Source: an uncultured Actinomycetes bacterium | GTDB lineage: Bacteria > Actinomycetota > Thermoleophilia > Gaiellales > JAICJC01 | Length of the DNA: 64,000 bases | Direction of reading: 5' to 3' | NCBI GenBank assembly: GCA_963708725.1 | Contig: CAVPTL010000014.1 | Location: 74,497-138,496 of the forward strand | In this document: one piece after another, positions 1 to 8,992 of the stretch | Layout: the number at the start of each line of letters is the position of its first letter | Position numbering within the stretch: the stretch's first letter is position 1 | Made by a program: the position numbers and the translations under genes | The notes under the pieces: generated by a model | Told to the model about the DNA's origin: nothing | Databases searched by the model: none | Seen by the model: the letters and a program-made list of their open reading frames with translations, nothing else

Positions 1-453
1 CGAACGCCGTCGGTGCGGCTGCTGAAGCTGCGCCGACTCGAGCTGGCGCTGGCGACGGTTGCTGCGATGGTGGTCGCGGGGATCGTCGTGGGGATCTACT
101 TCGACCTTGCCCTCGCCGTTGGCGCGGCAGTGGTGGCGTTGATCGGCGGAGTGATCGGCGAGCGAATCGTGAAACGTCGAGTCGCCGCCTGGGGCTACGC
201 CGAGCGGGAGGATGACCTGCTCGTGCGCCGCGGGGTGCTGTTCTCAAAACTCTCCGTGGTGCCGTACGGCCGGATGCAGTTCGTCGACGTCACCGCCGGC
301 CCGTTCGAGCGCTCGTTTCGGCTCGCCACCGTCAAGATGCACACCGCGGCTGCCGCCAGCGACGCCCGGATTCCCGGCCTCGAGCGGGAGGAGGCCGAGC
401 GGCTGCGTGATCGGCTCGCCGAGCTGGGAGAGGCTCAGGCGGCGGGCATATGA
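1..453 (+). CDS. Bacterial PH-domain membrane protein (YdbS-like), probably 5'-truncated by the window edge
   Basis: Two TM segments, then the bPH_2-like motif 'LLVRRGVLFSKLSVVPYGRMQFVDVTAGPFER'; the frame is open from base 1; ATGA overlap with the next gene. Confidence 0.85.
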   Translation, partial: RTPSVRLLKLRRLELALATVAAMVVAGIVVGIYFDLALAVGAAVVALIGGVIGERIVKRRVAAWGYAEREDDLLVRRGVLFSKLSVVPYGRMQFVDVTAGPFERSFRLATVKMHTAAAASDARIPGLEREEAERLRDRLAELGEAQAAGI

Positions 454-1742
454 GCCAGCCCGACGGTTGGCGACGACTCCATCCCCTGTCCCCCATCGTT
501 CGTGGAGGCCGGGGCACGATCGGCTTCATCGTCCTGCTTCTGCCGGCGATTCTGCGAGGCGGCGTCAGCCTTGGAGAGTTCATCCCCCTGGCCGCGGTGG
601 CCGTGTTCGTCGTGGTCGGATACATCTCGTGGATCGTGACCCGCTGGACGGTGGACGGCGACGATCTGCGGATCGAGACGGGCCTTTTGCGCCGCCGGTC
701 ATTGCGGTTCCCGCTGTCACAGGTACAGGCGATCGATATCGCCCGGCCGGGCCTTGCCCGGCTCCTCGGCGTGGCCGAGTTGCGTCTGCGGATGGGCGGA
801 TCGACCGGTGGGGCGGCTCGCCTTTCCTACGTTTCGGCCGGCGAGGTACAGGCGCTGCACGACCAGCTGATGACGCTCGCCCACGGCGACGCGCACGACC
901 CTGCCGCCCCGGCCCCCAAGCCGGCGGAGGCCACCGTCCTGACCACGGTTCCCACCGGTCGGCTGGTCGCCTCGATCCTCATCAGCGACGTCGGGTTCTA
1001 CGCCGAGGCGGTGTTCGTCGCGCTGGTGATCACCGCAGTCCTGGCTCCGGACATCGCCTCGGCGGTGATCAGCGGCGGCGGCCTGGTGTGGCTGATCGGC
1101 GTGGTCGCCGTCACCTGGCGGCGGTTCAATCAGGAGTACCGGCTGACCGTCTCCCAGGCCCATGACGGGCTGCGCCTCGGAGGCGGTCTGATCGCACTGA
1201 CGTCAGAGACGATCCGACCGGGCCGGGTGCAGGCGGTACGGATGGTCGAGCCGCTCCTGTGGCGGCCGTTCGGGTGGTGTCGGCTCCAGGTCGATCTGGC
1301 GGGACGCCAGCGCTCCGAGGGCGAGGGGCAGGCCCAACGACGCCAGCTGCGCACCGTGCTCCCGGTGGGTGACCGCGAACTCGTGGAGCTGCTGCTCGAC
1401 CGGATCCTCCCCGATCGCCCCCAGGAGCAATCCCCACCCCCCTCCCGCGCCCGATTCAAGAGCCCGTTGCGATACCGCATGCTCGGATGGGGCGGCACCG
1501 ACACCTGCGTGGTGACGACGTCGGGCCGGCTGCGGCGCACTACCAGCTGGGTGCCGCTCGAGAAGGTGCAGAGCCTGCGGCGCGTGCAAGGGCCGGTGCA
1601 GCGGCGGATGCGATTGGCGAGTGTCCATCTCGATACCGCCGGACGATCCGTGCACGCGACGCTTCGCGACCGAGACGTGGCCGAGGCCGACGACGCCCTC
1701 GCGCGGTTCGCCGATCTCGCCCGCGCACAGCGCCGCGCGTGA
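450..1742 (+). CDS. Bacterial PH-domain membrane protein (YdbT-like, repeated bPH_2 domains)
   Basis: N-terminal 'WRRLHPLSP'; repeated motifs 'GLLRRRSLRFPLSQVQAIDI' and 'VPLEKVQSLRRVQGPVQR'; paired with a YdbS-like gene. Confidence 0.85.
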   Translation: MSQPDGWRRLHPLSPIVRGGRGTIGFIVLLLPAILRGGVSLGEFIPLAAVAVFVVVGYISWIVTRWTVDGDDLRIETGLLRRRSLRFPLSQVQAIDIARPGLARLLGVAELRLRMGGSTGGAARLSYVSAGEVQALHDQLMTLAHGDAHDPAAPAPKPAEATVLTTVPTGRLVASILISDVGFYAEAVFVALVITAVLAPDIASAVISGGGLVWLIGVVAVTWRRFNQEYRLTVSQAHDGLRLGGGLIALTSETIRPGRVQAVRMVEPLLWRPFGWCRLQVDLAGRQRSEGEGQAQRRQLRTVLPVGDRELVELLLDRILPDRPQEQSPPPSRARFKSPLRYRMLGWGGTDTCVVTTSGRLRRTTSWVPLEKVQSLRRVQGPVQRRMRLASVHLDTAGRSVHATLRDRDVAEADDALARFADLARAQRRA

Positions 1743-1768
1743 ATAACGGTGCCAGGCACCGTTATTCA
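1740..1768. repeat. Dispersed palindrome copy 1: TGAATAACGGTGCC-A-GGCACCGTTATTCA
   Basis: Perfect 14-bp inverted arms; its first TGA is the stop codon of the 450-1742 gene. Confidence 0.95.
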
Positions 1769-1838
1769 TCGGCACGCCCGACGACGTCTCGAACGAGGCG
1801 TTCCCGGTATCGAGCGCCGTGGGGGTAGGATGGTCGCG

Positions 1839-2663
1839 ATGTCGAAGAAGCGACCCACTCGCATCCACCGCCGCCTGTACGAGGCCGAGCTGGAGCGACT
1901 GCAGATCGAGCTTGCCCGGATGCAGACGTGGGTACGCGATGAGGGCCAACGGGTTGTGGTGTTGTTCGAGGGGCGCGATGCCGCCGGCAAGGGCGGCACG
2001 ATCAAGCGCATCACCGAACCGCTGAACACACGGTTTGCGCGGGTCGCCGCGCTCGCTGCGCCGACAGAGCGGGAGGCCTCGGAGTGGTACTTCCAGCGGT
2101 ACGTCGCTCACCTGCCGGCGGCCGGTGAGATCGTCCTGTTCGATCGCAGCTGGTATAACCGCGCCGGCGTCGAGCACGTGCTCGGCTTCTGTACCGACGA
2201 GCAGTACCGCTTGTTCATGCGCCAGGTGCCCCAGTTTGAGCGAATGCTGATCGACGACGGCATCCTGTTTACGAAGTACTGGTTCTCGGTCTCCGACGAG
2301 GAGCAGAGGCGGCGGTTCCAGGATCGCATCGACGATCCGACCAAGCGTTGGAAGCTCTCGCCGATGGATCTCAAGTCACGGTCGCACTACGTCGACTACT
2401 CGCGGGCCAAGGATGAGATGTTCGAGCAGACCGACCTGCCCGGCACCGAGTGGTTCGTGGTCGAAGCCGACGACAAGCGCCGCGCGCGCCTCAACTGCAT
2501 CAACCACTTCTTGAGCCGGGTCCCGTGGGAAGACCGGACTCCGCCGCCGCCGCCCAAGCTCCCACGGCGCCAGGCCGACGGCGACTATGTGCGGCCGCCC
2601 AAGGACTCACAGAACTACGTGCCCGACCACGCCGCCGCCCTCGAACGCGAGAGCGACAAGTAA
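1839..2663 (+). CDS. ppk2: Polyphosphate kinase 2
   Basis: Walker A 'FEGRDAAGKGG', 'FDRSWYNRAGVE', 'WKLSPMD'; start placed at ATG 1839, 7 nt after TAGGAT. Confidence 0.95.
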   Translation: MSKKRPTRIHRRLYEAELERLQIELARMQTWVRDEGQRVVVLFEGRDAAGKGGTIKRITEPLNTRFARVAALAAPTEREASEWYFQRYVAHLPAAGEIVLFDRSWYNRAGVEHVLGFCTDEQYRLFMRQVPQFERMLIDDGILFTKYWFSVSDEEQRRRFQDRIDDPTKRWKLSPMDLKSRSHYVDYSRAKDEMFEQTDLPGTEWFVVEADDKRRARLNCINHFLSRVPWEDRTPPPPPKLPRRQADGDYVRPPKDSQNYVPDHAAALERESDK

Positions 2664-2678
2664 CAGCGCGGGGTCTGC

Positions 2679-3182
2679 TCAGTCGGGCTCGATGGCACCC
2701 GAGACCGTGCCGATCACCTCGCGGTAGTCGCTGTTATTGACGTTCACCACGTCGAAGTCGGTGTAGGACACATGCACCGGAATGGCTGACTGCCCCTTGG
2801 GACACTGCTCCGCGCGCGTAAACGGCGCGGTGACGAGGTCAAGGTAATAAAAGCCGCGGACGACGCCGTGCGAGTTCGCGGTATAGCCTCGCGCGTCCGC
2901 CGAGATCGCGATCGCGGATTTACTAAAGTGTTTTCGCCTGGGGAGAAACGTGTCGTCGGTGTAACAGCGATAGCTCTCAACCGCCGAAGTCGCGGTACCC
3001 GAATAGGCGTAGTTCTGCCCCGGCTTGAGGCCGCCCTCGGTGAAGTTGATCATCAACTCCTCGCCCGCGGTCTGCGCTGTGACCGTGGTGAAGTGCGGCG
3101 TCGGGGAAGCCAGCGCCTGCGCTGGTAACACCGCCGCGAGCGCAAGCGCGCCCATCGCCGCCAGGTACCGGTACGTGCCCAC
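2679..3182 (-). CDS. Secreted hypothetical protein
   Basis: Signal peptide ending 'AQALA'; SD AGGAGG upstream; two Cys; beta-rich composition. Confidence 0.7.
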   Translation of the reverse strand: MGTYRYLAAMGALALAAVLPAQALASPTPHFTTVTAQTAGEELMINFTEGGLKPGQNYAYSGTATSAVESYRCYTDDTFLPRRKHFSKSAIAISADARGYTANSHGVVRGFYYLDLVTAPFTRAEQCPKGQSAIPVHVSYTDFDVVNVNNSDYREVIGTVSGAIEPD

Positions 3183-3281
3183 GTGACCCCTCCTGCTCGA
3201 TTAAATCGAACATATCAGAGTTGTGCGAAATGTCACTCGCGTGAGGTCAGGTTTCTCCAAACAGACCCAACTCGAGGGGGG

Positions 3282-3310
3282 TGAATAACGGTGCCTGGCA
3301 CCGTTATTCA
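3282..3310. repeat. Dispersed palindrome copy 2: TGAATAACGGTGCC-T-GGCACCGTTATTCA
   Basis: Reverse complement of copy 1; terminal TCA (3308-3310) is the LysR stop on the minus strand. Confidence 0.95.
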
Positions 3311-4228
3311 CTGCGCGAGGGCGGCGATTTCAGCACGAGTCGCGGCGACCACGTCGGCGAGCCCGTCGGGGCGGCGGTCACGGTGGCTTGCGATTGCGAC
3401 GTGGCGAGGCTCGAGCGGCGGGTCGATGGTCACGCCCCGTACCCGCGGATCGCGAGTGTCCACGCTCATCCGGGGAAGGATCGCGACGCCGATCTGGGCG
3501 GCCACCAAGGCGTGGATCGTGAGGTTGTCGTCGCTGCGCGCCGCCACCGTCATCCTCACGCCGCGAGGGAGACGCTGACGGCCATGGTGGACGGGTCGCA
3601 CCTCGCGGTAGTCGATCAGCTGGTGACCGGTGAGCCCGGCGACGTCGACCGACGCCACCGAGCCCAGCGGGCCGTCGGATGCGACCAGCAGAACCAGCGG
3701 ATCATCCAGCAGGTCAACGGTCGCAAACGGACCTGAGCCGATCGGAAGCGCAACGAACGTGGCGTCGATCTCTCCCCGCGCCACCAGTTCGAGCAGGAGC
3801 CCGTCATCGGCGCGTTCGACGACCTCGATGGCGACATCGGGCCGCCTGGTCGAGAGCCGTCCGAGCACACCCGGAAGTAGCCGCGCCGCCACACTCTGGT
3901 AAATCCCGAGGCGAAGCACCGGTCGTTGCAATCGGATCCCCTCGAGGTCGGCGCGGGCCGCGGCAAACCGGGCTGCGATCTCGTCGGCGTGATCCAAGAG
4001 CCGTTGCCCCGCGGGAGTGATCGAGATCGCGCGCCGCCCGCCGGGGCGAATCACCAGCGGCTGAGCGACGAGTCGCTCCAGGCTTGCAATCTGCTCGCTC
4101 ACGGTCGAGAGGCTGTATCCGAGCCGTTCAGCGCCCCCGCGAAACGACCCGGCCGTGGCGACTGCGTGGAGGGCAACCAGATGGCGCAAGGAGATGCGTT
4201 GCCAAGATTGATCGATATCCTCGATCAT
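3308..4228 (-). CDS. LysR family transcriptional regulator
   Basis: HTH 'LVALHAVATAGSFRGGAERLGYSLSTVSEQIASLE', 'ITPAGQRL', substrate-binding domain; divergent from a dioxygenase. Confidence 0.92.
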   Translation of the reverse strand: MIEDIDQSWQRISLRHLVALHAVATAGSFRGGAERLGYSLSTVSEQIASLERLVAQPLVIRPGGRRAISITPAGQRLLDHADEIAARFAAARADLEGIRLQRPVLRLGIYQSVAARLLPGVLGRLSTRRPDVAIEVVERADDGLLLELVARGEIDATFVALPIGSGPFATVDLLDDPLVLLVASDGPLGSVASVDVAGLTGHQLIDYREVRPVHHGRQRLPRGVRMTVAARSDDNLTIHALVAAQIGVAILPRMSVDTRDPRVRGVTIDPPLEPRHVAIASHRDRRPDGLADVVAATRAEIAALAQ

Positions 4229-4300
4229 TCTGGAGAGTATATCCGGCTTTTCTCTCTCTTCCTAGTGTGTCATGCTGCCTCCATCAATCAAGGAGGAGCC

Positions 4301-5098
4301 GTGGGAACCCGCATGCTTGACGCGATCGACATTGAGCGCTATCCGATCCACGATCTCGACGGTCCCGGGGGACGCGCACTGGTGGAGCGTTGCCAGGCAG
4401 AGCTCGCCGAGCTGGGCGCCTGTGACCTCCCCGGATTCCTCGAGCGAGGCGCCGTCGATCAGATCGTGAGTGAGATTCCGAGCTGGGATGCGACGCCGTT
4501 TCGCACCGAGACGACACACAACATCGAGTTCTCGGGCCGGGAGCACGAGCTCGCCGACGACGACCCGCTCCGAATCCAGGTGCGCTCTGCCAAACAGCTG
4601 ATCGCCTACGACCAGATCCCCACCTCGTCACAGCTTCGCGACGTGTATGAGTCAGACGCACTGACCGCGTTCGTCGGTGCCGCCCTCGGGGTGAGTCCGA
4701 TCTATCGCCAGGCGGACGAGATCGGAGCCCTGACGGTGATGACCTACGGTCGCGGTGACGAGCTCGGGTGGCACTTCGACAACGCCGACTTCGTGGTGAC
4801 GCTGATGCTGCAGGCCTCTGAAGCCGGCGGGTCGTTCGAGTACGTGCCGATGCTCCGCACGCCCGACGACGACAACTCCGAGGGCGTGGCCGCGCTGCTT
4901 GGCGGCGATCGCAGCGGTGTGCGCACGATGAGCCCCGAACCTGGCACCCTGGCGCTGTTCCGCGGGCACCACAGCCCCCATCGCGTCACTCCGGTCGAAG
5001 GCGACAGACACCGGATCAACTCCGTGCTGGCCTACTCGGACAGGCCGGACTCGCGGGTCTCGCCCAGCGCGCTTCGGATCTTCTTCGGGCGCGAGTAG
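4301..5098 (+). CDS. 2-oxoglutarate/Fe(II)-dependent dioxygenase (BesD/HalD-like family, HxD type)
   Basis: 'LGWHFD' ... 'SPHRVTPV' ... 'R' triad and 2OG-binding pattern; SD AGGAGG at 4291 before GTG 4301. Confidence 0.8.
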   Translation: MGTRMLDAIDIERYPIHDLDGPGGRALVERCQAELAELGACDLPGFLERGAVDQIVSEIPSWDATPFRTETTHNIEFSGREHELADDDPLRIQVRSAKQLIAYDQIPTSSQLRDVYESDALTAFVGAALGVSPIYRQADEIGALTVMTYGRGDELGWHFDNADFVVTLMLQASEAGGSFEYVPMLRTPDDDNSEGVAALLGGDRSGVRTMSPEPGTLALFRGHHSPHRVTPVEGDRHRINSVLAYSDRPDSRVSPSALRIFFGRE

Positions 5099-5184
5099 TG
5101 CCGGCAATGTAACCCCGCCGACAAATCCCCAATCCGGCGGCCCACTTCGGGCATACTCCAAGAACACGGCCAAGGGGGATGTGG

Positions 5185-5340
5185 ATGAACATCGGAAACG
5201 ATATTCGGAGGATCCGGGTCGAGCCGCTCACGCTTCCGATCACGATCGACCAGCCCGCCGATCACCGAGTCACGGATCCGCGGGCCGACGAGCAGTGCGA
5301 TCCGAATCCGGCGCGGAGCGGTGAGCCTCGCTCCGCCTGA
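5185..5340 (+). CDS. Small hypothetical protein, 51 aa, MNIGNDIRRIRVEPLTLPITIDQPADHRVTDPRADEQCDPNPARSGEPRSA (not in the ORF track)
   Basis: Translated by hand; AAGGGGG SD-like sequence at 5172-5178 and CATACT -10-like box at about 5152; overlaps the next ORF by 20 nt. Confidence 0.6.
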   Translation: MNIGNDIRRIRVEPLTLPITIDQPADHRVTDPRADEQCDPNPARSGEPRSA

Positions 5341-5899
5341 CTATGTAGAGCCGTTCAGCGGCTGGCGAATCTGGACGGTCGTCATCCGCGATGGGCGCGC
5401 GCGGCTGCAGAGTCCCACGAGCTTCGACAACTGGACGCCGGAGGTGCCGTTCTCCGCGGAGTGCACCAGGACATCTCGGGAACGGCTTCGACCCTGGCGG
5501 GTACACCACCAACGCCACGCTCCGCCGGCCGATCACTGTACGTGCGGCGTGTACGCGATGTTCGAGCCGGGGCACCTGGCCCACTTCTTTCGCACCACCG
5601 TCATGGGGCCACGCGTCCACTACCACGTGTTCGGGCGCGTGTTCCTGTGGGGCGACGTGGTCGAAGCCGATCGAGGCTGGCGCGCGTCTGAGGCCTATCC
5701 GGCCGAGCTGTGGCTGCCTGAGATGGATTACCACATCGATCGCAGCGTCGGCCTGACGAAGGCCGCGGCCGGCCTCTATGACTACGGCGTGCCGCTGCAT
5801 GTTCGCGGCACCACTGCGCCGCGCGATCTCCTCCGCGAGCTGAACGGTGGCGAGTTACCGGCCGTCGAGACGCGCCGGTTCACGCGCCAGGCGGGTTGA
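5321..5899 (+). CDS. Hypothetical protein with C...H-x-P-x4-CxCGVYA and G-x-V-x-LWG-x-V...GWRA motifs
   Basis: Coherent globular sequence with aromatic/Gly motifs and four candidate Zn ligands. Confidence 0.75.
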   Translation: MSLAPPDYVEPFSGWRIWTVVIRDGRARLQSPTSFDNWTPEVPFSAECTRTSRERLRPWRVHHQRHAPPADHCTCGVYAMFEPGHLAHFFRTTVMGPRVHYHVFGRVFLWGDVVEADRGWRASEAYPAELWLPEMDYHIDRSVGLTKAAAGLYDYGVPLHVRGTTAPRDLLRELNGGELPAVETRRFTRQAG

Positions 5900-5961
5900 A
5901 CTTCGCCCGAGCCGAGGGCATTAGACTCACGCCAGGCCATCGACACGACGGAGAACCGCAA

Positions 5962-6345
5962 ATGACGGACACTGCATCACCCTCTCAGCAGATTGACGCG
6001 AGGATCGAGGAGCTCGACGACTGGCGGGGCGCGATGCTCGGCCGGCTGCGGGCGCTCGTCAAGGAGGCCGATCCAGAGATCGTCGAAGAGTGGAAGTGGC
6101 GAGGCGTGCCGGTGTGGGAACACGACGGCATCATCTGTACCGGCGAGACCTACAAGAGCGTCGTCAAAATGACCTTCGCCAAGGGAGCGGCGCTCGACGA
6201 CCCCGAGGGCCTGTTCAACTCCAGCCTCGAGGGGAACACGCGGCGGGCCATCGACTTCCATGAGGACGAGAAGATCAACGAGAAGGCCCTGAAGGCGTTG
6301 ATTCGCGAGGCGATCGCCCTCAACGAGTCGAAAGCCAAGAAGTAG
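5962..6345 (+). CDS. DUF1801 (YdhG-like) domain protein
   Basis: 'DWRGAMLGRLRALVKEADPEIVEEWKWRGVPVW...FAKGAAL.DP.GLFNSSLEGNTRRAID'; SD GGAG. Confidence 0.88.
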   Translation: MTDTASPSQQIDARIEELDDWRGAMLGRLRALVKEADPEIVEEWKWRGVPVWEHDGIICTGETYKSVVKMTFAKGAALDDPEGLFNSSLEGNTRRAIDFHEDEKINEKALKALIREAIALNESKAKK

Positions 6346-6346
6346 C

Positions 6347-6919
6347 TCAGACCGCGGTGTCAGCCGCCACCAGACACTCCCGGACAAGTCGCCGGAAGCC
6401 AGGGTAGAAGACGGCACCGATCAGCGGCGTCCTGGGCCAGTAGTGGGCCTCGCCGGTGGTCCCGTTCACGATCACCGGAAACGACACCTCACGCCCGAAC
6501 TCATGCGGCCCACGCTGTCTCTGCACCGCTTTTGCGAGTAACTCATCCACAGCCGGCAGCACCAGCACCGGCACGAACATGAACCGTGGTCGTCCGTGGC
6601 TAAATGATCCGCTCGGGCGCCACTCGCGCAAGCACCCGACCGCGCTGGCATACGCGCTGGGAAGGTCTCTGGTCGTCATGGTGGTGCGCGATTGGACGGT
6701 GACGAGGTTCGGAGTGGCGGGCGCGAGGGCGGCATCTCGCCAGGCGACCAGGTCGAAGCGTCCGCTCGCGCTCTCGACTGAAGGATCGATGGTGAAACCG
6801 ACCGCCGCCAGCCGGTCGGCGATCCCGTCCAGAACCCTGTTTGGCCCGGCCCAACTCGCCAGCGCGTGATGCGATTCCATCGTGGTTCCAGGTTCGGCGG
6901 CCGGGGCGGACACGGGCAT
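6347..6919 (-). CDS. Hypothetical protein (start uncertain)
   Basis: 190-aa ORF filling the gap between convergent and divergent neighbours; alpha/beta pattern. Confidence 0.6.
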   Translation of the reverse strand: MPVSAPAAEPGTTMESHHALASWAGPNRVLDGIADRLAAVGFTIDPSVESASGRFDLVAWRDAALAPATPNLVTVQSRTTMTTRDLPSAYASAVGCLREWRPSGSFSHGRPRFMFVPVLVLPAVDELLAKAVQRQRGPHEFGREVSFPVIVNGTTGEAHYWPRTPLIGAVFYPGFRRLVRECLVAADTAV

Positions 6920-7050
6920 CCCCCGGACGGGGTAGGCCCTCGTCGTGCACCGATCGGCCGAGCTTCACTCACAGAGACCGGGTGGCGAAAGGACGTCCGG
7001 CATCGCCCTATCATCACGTCGGTGTCCTCGTCGCTGGCAGCATTGGTGGG

Positions 7051-8868
7051 ATGGTGAACGCCGTTGAGCGCCTCGCCGACGGTGTGTTGGTCGGCGACGG
7101 CGGACTTGGCTCGCTGTTGTCGTTACAGCTCCCCGAGCTGAGGTTTCCCGAGGAGGCCAACCTGGTCGCGCCCGAGGCGGTGCTTGCCGCCCACGTCGAG
7201 TTCATCCGCGCCGGCGCCGACGTGATCCAGACCAACACCTACGGTGCAAACGCGGTCAAGCTGGGTGCCCACCGGTTCGAGCACCAGGTCGCCGAAATCA
7301 ACGAGGCGGGAGCCAAGATCGCGCGCGACGCCCGCGAGGTGGCCGGCCGCGACGTGCTGATCGCGGGCTCGATCGGCCCGCTGGGAACATCAATCGAATC
7401 CGTCGGCAGCGACACCTCGAGCGGTGCCGGCCAGTACGGTCGCCAGGCCGCGATACTCGAGGGCCGGGGAGTCGACCTGATCGTGCTGGAGACGTTCACC
7501 TCCCTGGACGAACTGACCGCGGCGGTGAACTCGGTGCAGGCGCAATGCCACCTCCCGCTGATCGCCCAGATCACCGTGCAGGACGACGGTGAGACGGTCA
7601 CCGGCGCGCGCGGTGGTGAGGTCGCCGTGGCCCTGGCCGGCCTCGGCGTCGCCGCCGCCGGAATCAACTGCAGCCTCGGCCCACAGTCCGCGTTGGCGGG
7701 CCTTCGCGAGATGCGCAGCGCAACTGGATTGCCGCTCACGATCCAGCCGAACATCGGCATGCCGATGTACCGCGACGGACGCGTGCTCTATCCCGACGCC
7801 TCCGAGGCCTACGCGGCCGAGTTCGCCGCCCAGGCGATCGCGCTGGATGCGCGGCTGGTGGGCGGCTGCTGCGGCACCCAGCCCCATCACATCGCGGCCA
7901 TCCGGCGGGCGGTCGACGAACATCGACCCGCGCACTTCCACTTTGCCCGACGGGAGCCGACAGCTGCTCCCACTGCCGCTGATCCGAGCGACAGCCGGCT
8001 CGCCGAGCGGCTCGCGGCCGGCGAATGGGTCGTGTCGGTCGAGCTCGACCCGCCCAAGGGAGGCAGCCTCACCCGCCTACTGGGAATCGCAGCCGAGATC
8101 CAGGCGGCCGCCGGGATCGAGTTCTTTGACATCAACGACAACCCGATGGCCCGCGCCAGAATGAGTTCGCTGATGACCTCGGCATTGGTGCAGCAGCACC
8201 TCGACGTCGAGACGATTCCCCACCTGACACCGCGCGACGCCTCAGCGCGAGGTCTGGAATCGCAGCTTTTGGGCGCGCACGCCAGCGGCATCCGAAACGT
8301 GCTGGCTGTCACCGGCGACTATCCCCCACCCGGCGATCACGGCGGTTCGGACGCCGCCTTCGAGGTCGATGCCATCGGCCTGGTCGAGATCATCGCCGCG
8401 CTCAACCGGGGTACCGACCGGGCCGGAAAGACGCTCGATGCACCCACCGCATTCTTGCCCGGAGTGGCCGTCAATCCGACCGCGGATGACGTCGGCTTCG
8501 AGCTGGAGCGGTTCGCGCGCAAGGTGGAGGCGGGCGCACGCTTTGCGATGACCCAGGTGCTGTTCGACCTCACCCCGCTCAACGAGATGCTCGAGCGGCT
8601 CGGCGGTAGGTCGCCGATCCCGATCCTGATCGGCCTCTGGCCAATCACGAGTCACGCACTCGCGCTGCGGCTGCACAACGAGGTGCCAGGGATCACCGTG
8701 CCCGAGACGATCCTCAACCGTTTTGCCCGAAATGACGCGCACGCTGCTCGCGAGGGTGTGGCCGTCGCCCGCGATCTGCTGATGCAAGCCCGCGAGCTCA
8801 CCGCCGGCGCCTATCTGGTCGCCCCGTTCGGACAGCCGGAGCGGGTGCTCGACGTGCTGGCTTCGTAG
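7051..8868 (+). CDS. yitJ: Bifunctional homocysteine S-methyltransferase / methylenetetrahydrofolate reductase (YitJ-like)
   Basis: 'GDGGLG', 'AGADVIQTNTYGAN', Zn ligands 'GINCS' and 'GGCCG'; C-terminal MTHFR domain 'SVELDPPKG...LAVTGD...KVEAGARFAMTQ'. Confidence 0.92.
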   Translation: MVNAVERLADGVLVGDGGLGSLLSLQLPELRFPEEANLVAPEAVLAAHVEFIRAGADVIQTNTYGANAVKLGAHRFEHQVAEINEAGAKIARDAREVAGRDVLIAGSIGPLGTSIESVGSDTSSGAGQYGRQAAILEGRGVDLIVLETFTSLDELTAAVNSVQAQCHLPLIAQITVQDDGETVTGARGGEVAVALAGLGVAAAGINCSLGPQSALAGLREMRSATGLPLTIQPNIGMPMYRDGRVLYPDASEAYAAEFAAQAIALDARLVGGCCGTQPHHIAAIRRAVDEHRPAHFHFARREPTAAPTAADPSDSRLAERLAAGEWVVSVELDPPKGGSLTRLLGIAAEIQAAAGIEFFDINDNPMARARMSSLMTSALVQQHLDVETIPHLTPRDASARGLESQLLGAHASGIRNVLAVTGDYPPPGDHGGSDAAFEVDAIGLVEIIAALNRGTDRAGKTLDAPTAFLPGVAVNPTADDVGFELERFARKVEAGARFAMTQVLFDLTPLNEMLERLGGRSPIPILIGLWPITSHALALRLHNEVPGITVPETILNRFARNDAHAAREGVAVARDLLMQARELTAGAYLVAPFGQPERVLDVLAS

Positions 8869-8992
8869 CGACTCAGTCCATCGACCACTGGAGGCGCGAT
8901 CGGCGATCACGAGATGGGCTCGCTGTGCGGCTAAGACGACGCGATTAGCGCGCTTGATCCCACACCGAGTTAGGTGGTCTGGCGGCGAGAAC

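Noticed and set aside
1749-1838. Recurrent ORF starts 'MPGTVIH' / 'MNNGAWHRYS' in the ORF track
   Set aside because: These are translations of the palindrome; the ppk2 start fits better at 1839
4301-5098. Halogenase call for the BesD-like protein
   Set aside because: It keeps the Asp ligand (HFD), which occupies the halide site
6920-7050. SAM riboswitch upstream of yitJ (also checked before ahcY)
   Set aside because: No recognisable SAM-I/IV or SAH core, and both genes appear to have little or no leader; a covariance-model search would be needed to exclude it fully
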